Part shown: positions 11,441 through 25,680 of the stretch, one piece after another
Numbering within the stretch: position 1 is the stretch's first letter
Layout: each line of letters begins with the position of its first letter
The notes under the pieces: generated by a model
Told to the model about the DNA's origin: nothing
The model's input: only the letters and a program-made list of their open reading frames with translations
Database searches by the model: none
Source: Octopus sinensis
Lineage: Eukaryota
DNA: 64,000 nt
Direction of reading: 5' to 3'
Assembly: GCF_006345805.1 (NCBI RefSeq)
Contig: NC_043012.1
Coordinates: 12,524,001 to 12,588,000, forward strand
Made by a program: the position numbers and the translations under genes

Positions 11441-11829
11441 TTGCTTAAAAGTGTATTATATATATACGTTACCTAAAACTTCATATTTCCTGATATTTCC
11501 ATTCACCTGCGAAGCAGAGCATAAAATACCTGCGAGCCAACCTTGCATACTTCCAACTTGTTTCTGCTGTGCCTTATGATGTGATTAAGTATAAAATGTG
11601 TCTGAAATACCGCCTCTTTCATTTCATTTCTGCCGATTACTTAGATTTAGAAATTAATTTTATGAAATGAATACAATCATAAAGTGAAATACGAACAAGC
11701 TAGACTTTAAAGCTAACTAAATTAGCGGAAATAGTAATTAAAGAAACAAATTTTATGAATTTTTGTAAAATTTGTAAAGTTTTGTCAGAAAATTTTATCT
11801 TATTAAACGTTTTGAAAAATGTTTAAACA

Positions 11830-12178
11830 AGCGACAACGATGAAGACGACGGTGACGTCGACTCAGATAACGAAAGCAACGACGCCATCTGTGATGACGG
11901 GCGACGTTATGACAATGGCAACGCCGGCGGCGACGACAACGATAATGATGATGATGAAGAAGAGGAGGATGAGGATGAGGATGGGGATGGACGACGACGC
12001 TGATAATGAGGACGATGAAGATGACGATCATGATGATAATTAGAAGGAAGAGGAAGATAACGACAGTGACTACAACGACGACGATGATGACGATGATGAT
12101 GATTATGATGATGACGATGATGATGATGATGGTGACGATGATGATGATGCCGATGATGATGATGATGATGATGATAGT
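11830..12178. repeat. Degenerate (GAT/GAC)n trinucleotide region
   Basis: Directly visible. Confidence 0.92.
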
Positions 12179-12941
12179 TATTATAATCAAAATGGAAACT
12201 GCATGGTTTTTCTTTTACTTCGTTGTCATATTTCTTTCACCAGTCGTCAATTCAGGTTCCTGTCCAATAGTTGCGAAGTATCATCACATTGTGGATTTGA
12301 CGATGGCCGTCAACGATTCTTAGGTTATCATTATAAGTTTACCGAAGCCATACTGATGACAGTAAATGGATTAAAAAGAAATAAAAGACAAAGAAACAAA
12401 ACAGAGAAAAAGAAAGAGAGCGAGGGAGAGAAAGACAGAATGAAAAGTAGAGAGGGAGAAAGAGAAAGATAAAGAAAATTAAAGAGAGAGCGAGAAAGAA
12501 ATTGATAAAAAAAATTGTGGTAGAAGATGTTATATCCAGTCAATACATTCTACAATAGAGCTCAGCATGAGATGATAATGAAACAAGCAGGATCAATAGT
12601 GACAAACAGAACAACCAATACTGTAATTATTCTTTGTATAGAAGAGAAGCATCGTCCTGCTTCGGTCTAAAGTGACGTTAAGTTTATAATCAATATCGCT
12701 GATGTCGCATATAATTGGTTTTTAGGGTTCAGAGAGATCAGGATTATTGAATTAGAAACACACAACACTGAGAGAAATGAGTTCGTGTGAAGAATAAGCA
12801 ATATGGAGATTAAATATAAAACAGAAAGATTTTCTCTTACCGTTCACACACAAATGTTTGCAAAAAGTGTGTAGTTCGAACGGTATCATAACTATTGCAA
12901 CTTCAACGCCGTTTCTAGATGGGGAACGAGTATGTATGTAT

Positions 12942-13097
<156 letters not shown>

Positions 13098-13803
13098 TAT
13101 ATGTATCTATCTATCTATGTATCTACCAACCTATCTATCACTATGTATCTATGAATGACTGGTAGAGTGGAAATGGAAAGAAACCGGGGTGTCATTGCCG
13201 AGTCTAATGTTCCGGGATAAAACATTTTTCGCGTAAATCGGACCACGGATTCCCGCGAAAGGCGGTTATTTTGTTGGGTAACTTCATAAATAGCCAAACC
13301 AGTGCATAATGGGAAAATACTCTGAAAGTAACGTAACCCTGAATTGGGAAAATTGATGCTGTTAATTTTATGTTTACGTTATATAAAAGTTAGTTTTGCA
13401 TTTTTGTAAACATGTGCACATATATCATATAAAAATGCAATTAATGGATTCAAATTTATCTTGGAAGTTCTATTTTATCATATGCTATAAACAAACAATA
13501 AAAACAATAAAACGTTAAACATGAACTTGTAAACCAGACCTGTGATGACACGAACGAGTTGAAATATTTAATTGAATCATCATAAAATTAACTTTCATTT
13601 CAATGCAATGTTGAAATCAGCTTCAATATTTTATAACCTGAACCGTTAGTGAACCAACGGGTCACGAGTATTCCCCTCATTCTCTTTTTCCCTCTCTTGT
13701 TGCTATATATATAATATATATATATATTGTATATATATGTATATATATATGTATATATATATATGTGTATATATATATATATATGTATACATATATATAT
13801 ATA

Positions 13804-13841
<38 letters not shown>

Positions 13842-13877
13842 TTTATATATATACTATATATATATATATACACATAT

Positions 13878-13931
<54 letters not shown>

Positions 13932-14018
13932 ATATATGTATATATATAAATATATGTATATATATATATATGATTGATTGATTGATTCTAGTTTCAGCTC
14001 ACGAGCTGTGGCCATGCG

Positions 14019-14054
<36 letters not shown>

Positions 14055-14074
14055 ATATATATATACATATATAT

Positions 14075-14139
<65 letters not shown>

Positions 14140-14168
14140 GTGTGTGTGTGTGTGTGTGTATGTGTTTG

Positions 14169-14200
<32 letters not shown>

Positions 14201-14349
14201 ATATCTATTATTTGGCCTTTGCAATTTTAGTTTTCTATTGTTGTATATACTTACCTTAAATGAATCAAGTTTTCAATTTCTATTTTATTTGAAATAAATT
14301 TTTTATTTCACAACCTTATAACCATTAAAATATTTCTTTCATTTTACAG

Positions 14350-14392
14350 TCTCTACATATTGCTGGATATGAAATCCATATCGGAAAGATAG
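14350..14392 (+). CDS. Candidate 43-bp exon (phase 0-1), SLHIAGYEIHIGKI
   Basis: Strong acceptor tttctttcattttacag|, donor AG|GTTGTT. It bridges the phases of the 9892 and 15232 candidates. Confidence 0.45.
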
Positions 14393-15069
14393 GTTGTTGA
14401 ATTATAATGATTTAGCAACTTATATAACAATGTTGAGTGTAAAAGGGTACTTTCAACAACGATACTTAACATGTTATAAATAGTAGCCAAATCTTACTCC
14501 AGCCGGAACTTAGTGCCGTATTAATGGAAGGAGACACTGGTACAATTTGCTTGTGAGTCAGAGAAATCCGAAAAATCTGAAATGTAAAGCTTTTAATTAT
14601 AGCTCTACTCAATCAATGCTGAAACATACATAAGCAATACCAATACAAAATAAACAGTAGCCTCTGTAACATAACAACAAATTATAAAATCTGTGCATGG
14701 CTATATTGAATCTGAGACGAATTTTTATTTCAGAAAGATGAACCGAAAAACGGAATTCTTGATGAGAAAATAATGCGCGATGATAAACAGCAAAATACAA
14801 TTTCAAATCCCGGAAGCAAGATTAACACGCCCACGGGCAATATTTGCGTAAATCTCACAGATACGGGTAAATACTTAACAAAATATATGTCTTTTAATTA
14901 TAAAGTAATAAATATTAAACATAATTTACATTTACATATTAACTTCTAATTTATAGCATCTCGGTGAATCAACAGATTTTTATTTACCTGCATGTGTATG
15001 CAGGTATGTGTGTGTGTGAGTGTGAATGTGTGTGCGTGTATGTTTATAAATGCATGTATTTATGTGTAT

Positions 15070-15128
<59 letters not shown>

Positions 15129-15231
15129 CGTGTATGTATCTAATGTGTTCGTGATCATCTACACGCATGTGTATGTACAGGTGTGCGTGTGGGTGTGTGA
15201 CATTAAGAACTAATGTAAATTCTCCTTTCAG

Positions 15232-15341
15232 AATCCAAATTATTTTTAAAAAATAAAACAAGGAAAATTGTAGAACCGAACCCCACTTCTGGACATTTGC
15301 AAGAAAACACTATGCTCAGAAGAAAACATATTTTACATGCG
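15232..15341 (+). CDS. Candidate 110-bp exon (phase 1-0), ESKLFLKNKTRKIVEPNPTSGHLQENTMLRRKHILHA
   Basis: Acceptor ttctcctttcag|, donor GCG|GTATGT, open frame that joins in phase to the 18239 exon. Confidence 0.55.
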
Positions 15342-15561
15342 GTATGTTGGTAAAATTTGTTAATTATTTACATATTCTCTCTTACGTGAATTTCCTCAGC
15401 GATTTCGTTGTATGATGTAGGTTGGGTAAGCAAAAAAGATGGGATAATCGGCTTAGCTTGGTATGGCTGTCCTTGGATTAAACAATGTCAGCAACATCAA
15501 TTGCCTGACATGTCTTAAACACAAAGGGCCTTACTCAAAGTTTTCCTAATTTGAACAACTC

Positions 15562-16183
15562 TTAAGGCGGTGAGCTGGCAGAATCGTTAGCACGCCGGGT
15601 GAAATGCTTAGCGGTATTTCGTCTGCTGCTACGTTCTGAGTCCAAATTCCGCCGAGGTCGACTTTGCCTTTCATCCTTTCGGGGTCGATAAATTAAGTAC
15701 CAGTTACGCACTGGGGTCGATATAATCGACTTAATACCTATGTCTGTCCGTGTTTGTCCCCTCTGTGTTTAGCCCCTTGTGGGTAATAAAGAAATAGGTA
15801 TTTCGTCTGATGCTACGTTCTGAGTTCAAATTCCGCCGAGGTCGACTTCGCCTTTCATCCTTTTGGGGTCGATTAAATGAGTACCAACTACGCACTGGGG
15901 TCGATATAATTGACTTAATCTGTTTGTCCTCTCTGTATGTAGCCCCTTGTGGGAAGTAAAGAAATAAGAAACGTTAGCACACCGGGCAAAAATGCTTAGC
16001 AGTATTTCGTCTGTCTTCGTGTTCTGAGTTCAAATTCTACCGAGGTCGACTTAGCCTTTCATCTTTTCGGGGTCGATAAATTAAGTACCAGTAACGCACT
16101 GGGGTCGATGTAATTGACTTAATCCGTTTGTCTGTCCTTGTTTGTCCGCCTCTATGTTTAGCCCCTTGTGGGCAGTAAAGAAA
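15562..16183 (+). mobile_element. Trimer of SINE family a with one 15-bp TSD pair
   Basis: Three units with GAGTTCAAATTCC (B box) and CCTTTCATCCTTTCGGGGTCGAT. TSD TAATTTGAACAACTC at 15547-15561 and 16184-16198. Confidence 0.88.
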
Positions 16184-16604
16184 TAATTTGAACAACTCCT
16201 TTTATTTAATGTATATATTTGTGAAGTAGTGACAATGAGTGGCTTTGTGGGTAAGGGCTTGTACTCCCGATCATGGGACCGCGGGTTCGATTTCTGAACC
16301 GAGTAATACATTGCATGCTTGAGCAAAACCATTCATCTCACGTTACTCTGCGATCACTTCGACTTATGATGTATGATACACCTTGCATCCATACAGTCAA
16401 TGTTGATTTGGTGGAGTGGCGAGCTAATGTAAACCATAAACTCTTGATCACTATAAACATATCACCTGTGCAGGTTGTCAGCTACAAATTGCAGAAACCA
16501 CATCTGCCGTCTACGACATGCAGCTCAACGGTATTTGTGAAGAATAACCTTATCAGGCTATTAATCCTCAAGAGTTGTCATTCTATACCATTTCACATTC
16601 AGTA

Positions 16605-16715
16605 AGAGAATAATTCCATTCAGTATTGAATAATTCCATTCAAATTGGAATAATTCCTTCCAAAACGAGAATAGTTCCATTCAAAACGGAATAATTCTAT
16701 TCAAAATGAGAATAT
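16605..16715. repeat. ~20-bp minisatellite (GAATAATTCCATTCAAAA-), about 5 units
   Basis: Directly visible. Confidence 0.8.
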
Positions 16716-17065
16716 TAAGAATGAGAATAAAAAAATATAGTAATTTTGCTTTAATTATTTGTTTATCACTAATAATAAGCACACTTTTTGCGTTATATAA
16801 TTCTATTCAGTGTCGATTTATCCATATAGATTATTTATTCATTTCTCTCTTCGTTGAAAAAAATATCACATACTATGTAATATGCTTTTTTGGAAATAGA
16901 TAAACGATATGATTAAATTGCCAATGAATGAAACGATATAACGCAACAATCTATCTATCATTACTGATACATAAATAATTAAAGCAAAAAGAATGTATTT
17001 ATGATTATAATTTTAATGGAATTATTCTCATATTGAATATAAAATTGTATAGAGTTCATTATATT

Positions 17066-17210
17066 GGCGTCTGTGTGTTGTAAGAAGCTTGCTTCTCAAC
17101 CACATGGTTCCGAGTTCAGTCCTACTGCGTTGAACCTTGGACAAGTGTTTTCTATAGCCTTGGCCTGAACAAAGCCTTGGTGTGTGGGTTTGATATTCGG
17201 TAACTGAAGG

Positions 17211-17255
<45 letters not shown>

Positions 17256-17482
17256 TGTGTGTGTGAGTGTGTGTGTTTTAACTGTTTTTGTCCCCCCCCC
17301 CACCACTGTTTGACAACCGCTGTTGGTGTGTTTACGTTCCCGTAAATTAGTAATTCGTCAAAATACACCGATAGATTAAGTACAAAGCTTGAAAAATACA
17401 GGGGTCGTTTCATTTGGCTACAAATTCATCGTGGCAGTGCCCCAACATATTTTAATGATCGAAACAATTAAAAGATAAAAGA
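17066..17482 (+). mobile_element. SINE family b, diverged
   Basis: AAGCTTGCTT..AACCACATGGTTCCGAGTTCAGTCC head, central (TA)/(TG) tract, TTGACAACC..GGTGTGTTTACG body. Confidence 0.75.
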
Positions 17483-18238
17483 TAGATAAGATATCTCTAA
17501 ATATTCGTAGGACAGCCATACCCTTATTCCAAATTACTCACATTACAAGACAGTCATACACTTATTCCAAATTATTCACACAATAGGTTAGTCATATCCT
17601 TATTCCAAAATACATTAGAGGAGAGTTACAGCCTTACTCTTATTTAAACAGCGCAATTGAACAATTCAGTGGACCTATGTGATTTGAAAAATAAAATCTT
17701 GTAAAGTTTGTGCACTAAATAATAGGCAAATCGTTTTGAAAATACAAGCAAATATTACCTGCTGATGCCTAATGAATTTCAAAATGATTAATTTAAAATG
17801 AATTTAACAGTTAAAGTCATTGTAGCGTTTCCACTGTCTCAAGGTAGACTACTGTATACGACATGGTATCATATACCTGTCAGAGATAAGTTAAGAATTA
17901 TCGTAAAAATTACCTGTATAAGCAAACAGTCTCTCTTGCTTATTGGGTCACTGTTAAGTACTCTCTTGCATGTGCCTTATTTACTATGTGTCAATTCGAA
18001 CAGTGCTGAGTTGGTCTTAACATTACAAGAACAACGAATCCATCTTCTTCACGAATTCTACATTGTAATACTTTGAATCAATAACTTCGAAAGTTTTTTT
18101 TATTAGCATTGCCACATCATCTCCCATAATGGGAAAATATGGCAAATTTCAGACGCTGTACTTTAAACCATAAAATATCACCTTCGTTAAGTAATTATAA
18201 GGTAAAATCGCAACTGGATTTCTACTTCTCTTTTGCAG

Positions 18239-18384
18239 GCTGGTAAAATAGTTACCCCACCATCAGACAAGAGACGCTATATAGCCTCGGAAATAATAAA
18301 TTCAGAAACTGACTACGTGAGAATGCTTTCTGGTTTTAAAAACAAATATTTCAAGCCTTTAAAGTCTGCGCTAGAGTCGAACAG
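18239..18384 (+). CDS. ECT2L: RhoGEF (DH) exon, AGKIVTPPSDKRRYIASEIINSETDYVRMLSGFKNKYFKPLKSALESNR
   Basis: ttttgcag| ... AG|GTAATG. DH CR1 motif R..IA.EI..SE..YV..L. PLKSALESNR resembles the recalled ECT2L PLKAALSSNR. Confidence 0.9.
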
Positions 18385-18575
18385 GTAATGATCTCATACT
18401 TATATCAATTATAGTTCCGACATTTCTAAAAAGTTGTGCTATATCCAAACTCTAAAGTTTATCGACTATATTTATGCATGTTTGCGTGTGCTCGTGCGCG
18501 TTTATTTATGTAATGCCACTCCATATTCTCTCTCTCTTTTTTCTCTTTCCTTTCCTTTCTCTCTCTATTTCTTTC

Positions 18576-18618
<43 letters not shown>

Positions 18619-18651
18619 TACCATATATATATATGCATGCATATATATATA

Positions 18652-18835
18652 TTGGGAGAATTCACAAAAAGACAAGAGACGAGGACAGGTGGTGTAGACA
18701 ACAAACATATGCATTAGTATAACGCTCGGGAAGTGAAAAAGTCTTTAACGTTTCGAGCCTACGCTCTTCCACAGAAAGGAACACAGAAATAAACAAGGAC
18801 AGAAAATAAAGAATGTGTAGTGGCTAGCGATCTAT
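18652..18835 (-). mobile_element. Penelope-like terminal repeat fragment
   Basis: Matches 10605-10790 (CAGGT..ACAAACA.ATG.ATTAGT.TAACGCTCGGGAAG..GTTTCGAGCCTACGCTCTTC). Flanked by (TA)n. Confidence 0.7.
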
Positions 18836-18836
18836 C

Positions 18837-18871
<35 letters not shown>

Positions 18872-20668
18872 ATAGCTGTTATACACACACACACACGCAT
18901 ATACTGTATATGTCAGTATGTCTGTGTGTCTGTGTTTGTATACGTGGGTATGTATGTATGTGTTAGGACATTTTGCTAATATTTACTGAAATCAAAACAC
19001 CCAGAGAGAAATTTTCGAATAATGCTATGGCGGTAAACTGGCAGAATCGATACAGGGACAGAAAAGAAACGCTTTTATTCCAGAGCTTTGTTTGTTCCAG
19101 ATTTTTACGTTCTGAGCTCAAATTTCAACGTTGTTAACATTCATTTCCTTTCGTCTCTCCGGAGTCGATAAAATAAAGTACCAATAGCAGTAATATACTT
19201 GAGACATTGGCCTAAGCTAACACCTCTCCGTCCAAATTTGTTGTCTGGAGCCAAATTTAGAAACAGTTTTCTAGATGACTTTCGTTCATTACAACTTTTC
19301 AACTCATTCTACTACATATGTGTAACTACCTACATACGTTTTCTGAAATCTTTCTATGAATGATTTACAAATCATTTAGTAAGGTATCTTTCATTAATGG
19401 TCGTGTTAACTAGAGCAATACAGTAGCTGAGATGATCATAGGTGGAAATTCTACATTGTCAGACTAGCCCATAGAGAAGCCATCTCGTAGCTACCCGTCT
19501 CCATAGAAATTTCAGTCATATCTCTTTCAAATGCCGACATATCTTTTTTCTTTAAAAAAAAAACGAGGAACAGTATACTGGATATATGTATCTGAGATAA
19601 ATACTTGTTGCATATGACTGGATTGGCACGACTGGAATGCATTTGGTTATGTCTGCACAGTCATGGTTGTCTAAAGGCTGAAAAGTAATAACAAAACATT
19701 CTTTTTTCCGACTTAAGAAAGGATTCACCACGCAGGCATTAAATGTGCTAGAAATATCACATAAATCTTTCTCAAACGCCACTGTACTCTCTGGTAAAGT
19801 GAAAAAAATATTGTAGATTATGCTCTTATAGATACACATTGTTTGAACAAAACGAAAGATGGCTGTAGCTTCCTTTGAATATAATACCGTTGTATGATAA
19901 GCGACTTGGGGATTCACCAACCAGAAAAAAACACTTTCAGTTTGCTATAAGCATTTCGTGTTTTTCATACATCGCTAAAGCTATGAATGATAATCGAAAG
20001 TGAAATGTTACTTTATCGCGAAAACATCCATGCCATAAACCCCAGTTTTTCAATTCCTCTGGGCGGAAAACAGGACTGAAATGAAACAGAATGATAGCAA
20101 AGAGATTTCTCCGTATTGAACTGAACTGAACTCTTCTGTTAAATACACACTTGGGACTTAATCGAACAGAACGGCTTTCACGAATGAATAAACCGACTAA
20201 TAGCTGGCCATATAGCGTATCGTACATATATTCTTAACTCTTGTATTCGTAGTTTATGTATTCTCATCCATTGTATTCATCGTTCTTGTTGTTTCTTCTG
20301 ATGCTGCTGTTGGTATTGATTCGTTTAATGCGGTGTACAAAGAGACGGTGACGAGGTAGAGGTTTGACATAGGGCACAGCGTTAATCCAAATGGGTGCAC
20401 CTAACTCGAAACTCGCTCTCTCTCTCTCTCTCTTTCTCTCTCTCTGGTTCCACTTCCTCTAATATTCGCAGTGTATCTATTTCTTTCTTTATTGCTGTTT
20501 TCTGTCTATGTCTCTGTAAGCATTCTACATACGTAGGCAGGTCTGTCGCCAGTCGATGTTGCAAGTGATGTTGCATGCAAATGCTGCAAAGCAATAAAAT
20601 ATTGTGAATGGTTGAACTGTCTATGCGATAAATAATTTACCAAACATTATCCATCTGCCTCTGTGTGT

Positions 20669-20712
<44 letters not shown>

Positions 20713-21038
20713 AATACATATAGATATACGTTTGTGTGACAGTCTATGTGAGTACGTGTGTGTATTATGTTTTTATGTATTTACTGATGTATGTATCAAT
20801 GAATATCTATTTTGCCTCATGCATTTTTCTCAACATCTCTATGTAATAGATACAGAGTGCTCTAAAATTTAAAGTAGAGCTAAAATAATATAATCTAATA
20901 TATAAGCAAGAATACATTTCTACAACCTAAAGAAGAACGAGTGTTATTAGTGAAATCGATAAATTTCGTCTCCATGTCAGTACTTTTCAAACTCAGATAT
21001 ATTCACACACATATACATACATATTCTATTGTTTCCAG

Positions 21039-21107
21039 GCCTATTATCAGTCAACAAAATGTGGAAATAATTTTCACGGATATACTGATCAACCTTAAAT
21101 TACACAG
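21039..21107 (+). CDS. ECT2L: RhoGEF (DH) exon, PIISQQNVEIIFTDILINLKLHR
   Basis: gtttccag| ... AG|GTAAGG; phase 2-2 join; DH IF..I..L.LH motif. Confidence 0.9.
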
Positions 21108-21379
21108 GTAAGGTTCTAATTACGATCTCTGTACATTTTGTAACTAAGCACTTACGGATTATTTATTTATATATATTTTTTTGCAGTAAAAGAGTAACTG
21201 GAATTTCTTAATAATCGCTGTGGTAATCTTATATTTTTAATGGTAAATGATGTTCAGAAAGGCTCAATTATATCATTACACAAAATAATTCCGCTTGATT
21301 GACTTGGTTATTGATTTCTCACATGAACACTTGGACAGAAACTTTGGTCTCAGTATTTGATTTTTTACATATTCGCTCT

Positions 21380-21444
<65 letters not shown>

Positions 21445-21703
21445 GGTATAATTAAGGTTTATATGTAAATTTAAAATCTGAAATTTAAACTGTAGTTTGG
21501 GTATGTCCTTATGCCGGCAAAGCACGTGCAGTGCTTATGGCTACCTGACCTCATCCACGGTAACTGCACAATCGTCGAAAGATAGAATACACTGGAAAAT
21601 TTATTTATAAATAAAGTTTTTAGTATTATTTTATCGTATATAAACATATACATATATATATATATATATATATAAATACACACGCACGCACACACACACA
21701 CAA

Positions 21704-21737
<34 letters not shown>

Positions 21738-22927
21738 TAAATATAACGTATCTTGAATGCCACAACAATGCAGACTGGACTATAATAATTGTTATAATTT
21801 AATTATTCACAGTCTGATATAATATTTCGGAATATAAAAATTCCTTTTTCACATATTGCTAGGAATAGATCGAATCCCTGCTATAATCGGTATGTGTAGA
21901 TGGGGGTTAAGTTTATTTAGTGCAGGTCAATTTAACCACAGACGGATCAAGACTTCGTAACGTGTCATTAATTTACAATTTATAAGCAACCAATTAACCC
22001 AATCTTAAATGCATTTCTCTGCACATCTCAGAATAGATTTCATGAGGTGATACGTGTCACGTCTTTACGCAGTTGAAACGCCAAAGAAGTAAAGATTATT
22101 ATCACATCAGTTTGCTGTGTTATCTAAAACAATCTGTGTTAACTAAAATCACAAGCTAAAGAGATTGCCATTAACCTGTCACTTGAATGTAGAATTGGCT
22201 TCATTATCTCCCTCAAATTACATTCTACTGATTCAAACTATGAAGTACAGCTTGAATAATGTACCCATCGATATAATATTCTCAATTAGTAATAACAGTG
22301 TAGCAAAAGGGCGGTGCATCAGCATGGCCACAGCTCTGAGCTGAAACTATAGAAAAAGTAATTAAGATGTGATGATCAGCACTATAATGCCTTCAGTCAA
22401 AAGTCTACTTCCTCACAGTTAACTTAGTGTTAAGCTACAACTAAATTCCGCCGTACAGTGAGAATAGGTTATAAATGAATGAGAGCTTGTAATTTTCCTT
22501 TATTCTAAAAACGATAGGGGATGACTGCTGTTCAATCGTTTCACCCCGGTACATCGAATGAGGATAATTACACATCGCATATTTTGCATTCTTGTTTCCA
22601 CTTATTTTTTTTTTTTAAATGATAAATATCATATTGCGTTTGGTAAACAGTAGTGTCGGTGGTTACTGATTTTCAACCGAGCGATCATTGGTTCTCTGTA
22701 TTTTTGTCGACGGAAGAGAAAAATGTTGTTCCTTCGGGTCAGTAGAGAACAAATATCTTTCAACGAAGGACAGCTTATCAGCTTTCTTGCTCGTGTTTCG
22801 CATTGTTCAACAATCATAATCGGGGAAGGACCTCCACACACACACACACACATGCATGCATACATACAAGCATGTAACGTATAAATACATACACACATAT
22901 GTGCATATACATACATTATATACATGC

Positions 22928-23232
22928 GCGTGGCATCTTGGGCAAGTGTCTTTTACTATAGCCTCGAGCCGACCAAAGCCTTGTGAGTGGATTTGGTAGA
23001 CGGACACTGAAAGAAGCACATCGTATAATTGTATTATATATATGTATTGTGTGTATATGTTTGTCCCCCCCCCACCATTGCTTGACAACTGTTGTGTTTA
23101 TATCCCAGTAAATTAGCGGTTCGGCAAAAGAGACCGATACAATAAGTCGTAGGCTTACAAAGATTTGCTCGACTAAAGCGGTGTCCAGCATGACCGCAGT
23201 CAAATGACTGAAACAAGTAAAAAAAAATAAAA
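22928..23232 (+). mobile_element. SINE family b, 5'-truncated
   Basis: TTGGGCAAGTGTC..GACCAAAGCCTTGTGAGTGGATTTGGTAGACGG..CAGTCAAATGACTGAAACAAG. Confidence 0.8.
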
Positions 23233-23245
23233 GAAAGAATAAAGA

Positions 23246-23297
<52 letters not shown>

Positions 23298-23329
23298 GTA
23301 TATGTATATGTGTACTATAAATATATATA

Positions 23330-24172
23330 AGGTGAAACACACCGCCTAAGCATCTTTCTGGACATGCTAGAGCATCTACCAAAAACCAAGGAAGAAGCAC
23401 TGTTAGTCACCTATGATGTCATCAACCTCTACACTAACACTCCATACGACTACGGAATAGAGGCAATAAAATGCTGGTTAGAAAAACATCTCGAACCTCT
23501 CCTGGACCATATAAACCAGACCATTATCATTGAATCCCTGACGTTCATCCTACAAAACAAGTACTTATTCGATGCAACATACTACCTCCAAAAATGCGGT
23601 ATTGCGATGGGAATGAAAGCAGCGTCTGTCCTTGAAAACCTAATAATGGATTTCTTTGAATCTACCCTATATGAACTCAAGCTCCAAAAATTTGGATCCC
23701 ATGCCACCACTATATAAAAGTAAACTGGAAAAACTATAATAAACTCCTGGATTTCGAATTCACACTGAACAATATAAACTTCAATATTCAATTTACAATG
23801 GAATATACCAAGGGACAGCTCCCATTTCTGGGCACTTTGATTATAAAAAATCCAACAACCAAATTGCAATTGACATCTACTACAAACTAATAGACTCAAA
23901 ACAGTATCTCCTTTTCAGTTCATGCCATCCTAAACACACCAAAATATATATCCCTTTCAATCTAGCTAAAAGCATCTGTACAATTGTATATAACACAACC
24001 ACTCGGGAACTTCGCCTACAAGACCTCAAAATAAAACTCATTGAAAGTCAATGCTTCACCGCACTAATAGACCATGGAATTGAACGTGCCAAGAAATTGG
24101 ACAAAACACACTAATGACAACAAAACAAAACACCACACGTCACTTTAACTCACTGCCATACATATCAACGCA
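23330..24172 (+). mobile_element. Penelope-like reverse transcriptase fragment, decayed
   Basis: LLVTYDVINLYTNTP, YYLQKCGIAMG, then after frameshifts IQFTMEY..QLPFL and YYKLIDSKQYLLFSSCHPKHTKIYIPFNLA (PLE RT and thumb motifs). Flanked by (TA)n. Confidence 0.88.
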
Positions 24173-24176
24173 TGTA

Positions 24177-24287
<111 letters not shown>

Positions 24288-24633
24288 ATATATATATATA
24301 TATACATATACATACATACACGTATGTGTGTGTGTGTGTGAGTGTTGTGTCTGACCAGTTTTCCAACCGTTCTGCGTCTTTAATTTTTGCGTCATATTTT
24401 ATGAAGACTGGAAGTTATGCCAGAAGACATCGGAAGTTTTTGTTAATTAGCTCCACGTACTTTGAAAGATGCCTTTATAACCATACAACTAAGTATGAAG
24501 GCAAATAACTTCTTACCGTTGTAGTTGTTGTTATTGTTATTGTTGTTGTGGTGGTGGTGGTGGTTGGCATTACAGGTATTGTTGCTGTAGTTCTTAATGT
24601 AGTTCTTCATACTTTTTCTCTGCCTTGCAACAG

Positions 24634-24858
24634 GAAACTCTGTGATGATTTGAAGAAGCGATATTCAGAATGGGAAGGAATGTCTACATGCTTCGGTGAT
24701 GTTTTCGTCATATTCTGTCAAAATTTGGGAACCTACGTAAATATGGTGAATAACCATGAAGCGATCCTGCGATGTATTGAACGTTGTAGAGAGCATATGC
24801 CGATCTTTCGTGCATTTCTATTACGAAACGAACGTAAACCGGAAGCCAAGATGTTGAC
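24634..24858 (+). CDS. ECT2L: RhoGEF (DH) exon, [63 protein letters not shown]
   Basis: ttgcaacag| ... AC|GTGAGT; phase 2-2. [15 protein letters not shown] resembles the recalled ECT2L IEKCREMIPAFRTFL. Confidence 0.93.
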
Positions 24859-24889
24859 GTGAGTTTGTTTTATATATTATGTATGTATG

Positions 24890-24973
<84 letters not shown>

Positions 24974-25424
24974 GTCTATCTACATATCTATCCATTTACC
25001 GTTTACATATTTTACGTGCACTCCATTGTATTGCATTGTAACGTAGCGCAGAATATGTTACAATATATGCTTCTTAGGTAAACAGTTTTCATTATATCTT
25101 TGTTGTTACAGTGCAGTTCATATTTATAGCTTACCACTATTCTCGTTATGTTTCTATTTAAGAGTAGTGGGATTCTAGAATAGTTAGTGTATTACAAAAT
25201 ACCTAGCAACATTTCTTGAAGTCGTTTACATTCTAAATTCGAATCACGACAAGATCAACTTTATCTTTCATTCTCCCAGCCTCAATGAGATAGAAACCAT
25301 AAAGTGTTGGGGTCGATTTAATCGACAAATACTTCTCAACAAATTTCTGGCCTTGTGCCTATGTTATAAAATTATCTGCTATCTCATTGGTTTTCAATTT
25401 TTTAAAATTATAATGTTAAAAAAT

Positions 25425-25680
25425 AATAAATGCCTCCTTTTAGAGCCTAGCAAGGCTGATGGGCCCAGCTTCCCAGTTTCTATGGCGTATGTGTTCCCCA
25501 AATGGACGGGACGCCAGTCCATCGCAGTGTTACTCATTTATGCTAGCCTAGTGGACTGGAGCAACGTGAAATGAAGTGTTTTGCTTAAGAACACAACGCG
25601 TCGCCCAGTCCAGGAATCGAAACCACAATTTTACGATCATGATGCTGACACACTAACCACTATGTCACGCGTCTCCGCAC
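25425..25680 (-). mobile_element. SINE family d
   Basis: Reverse complement of the 41445-41683 family (GGTTTCGATTCCTGGAC.GGGCGACGCGTTGTGTTCTT). Confidence 0.8.

Noticed and set aside
11795-12323. Poly-Met/Asp/Ile ORFs
   Set aside because: A (GAT)n repeat with no convincing splice-compatible exon.
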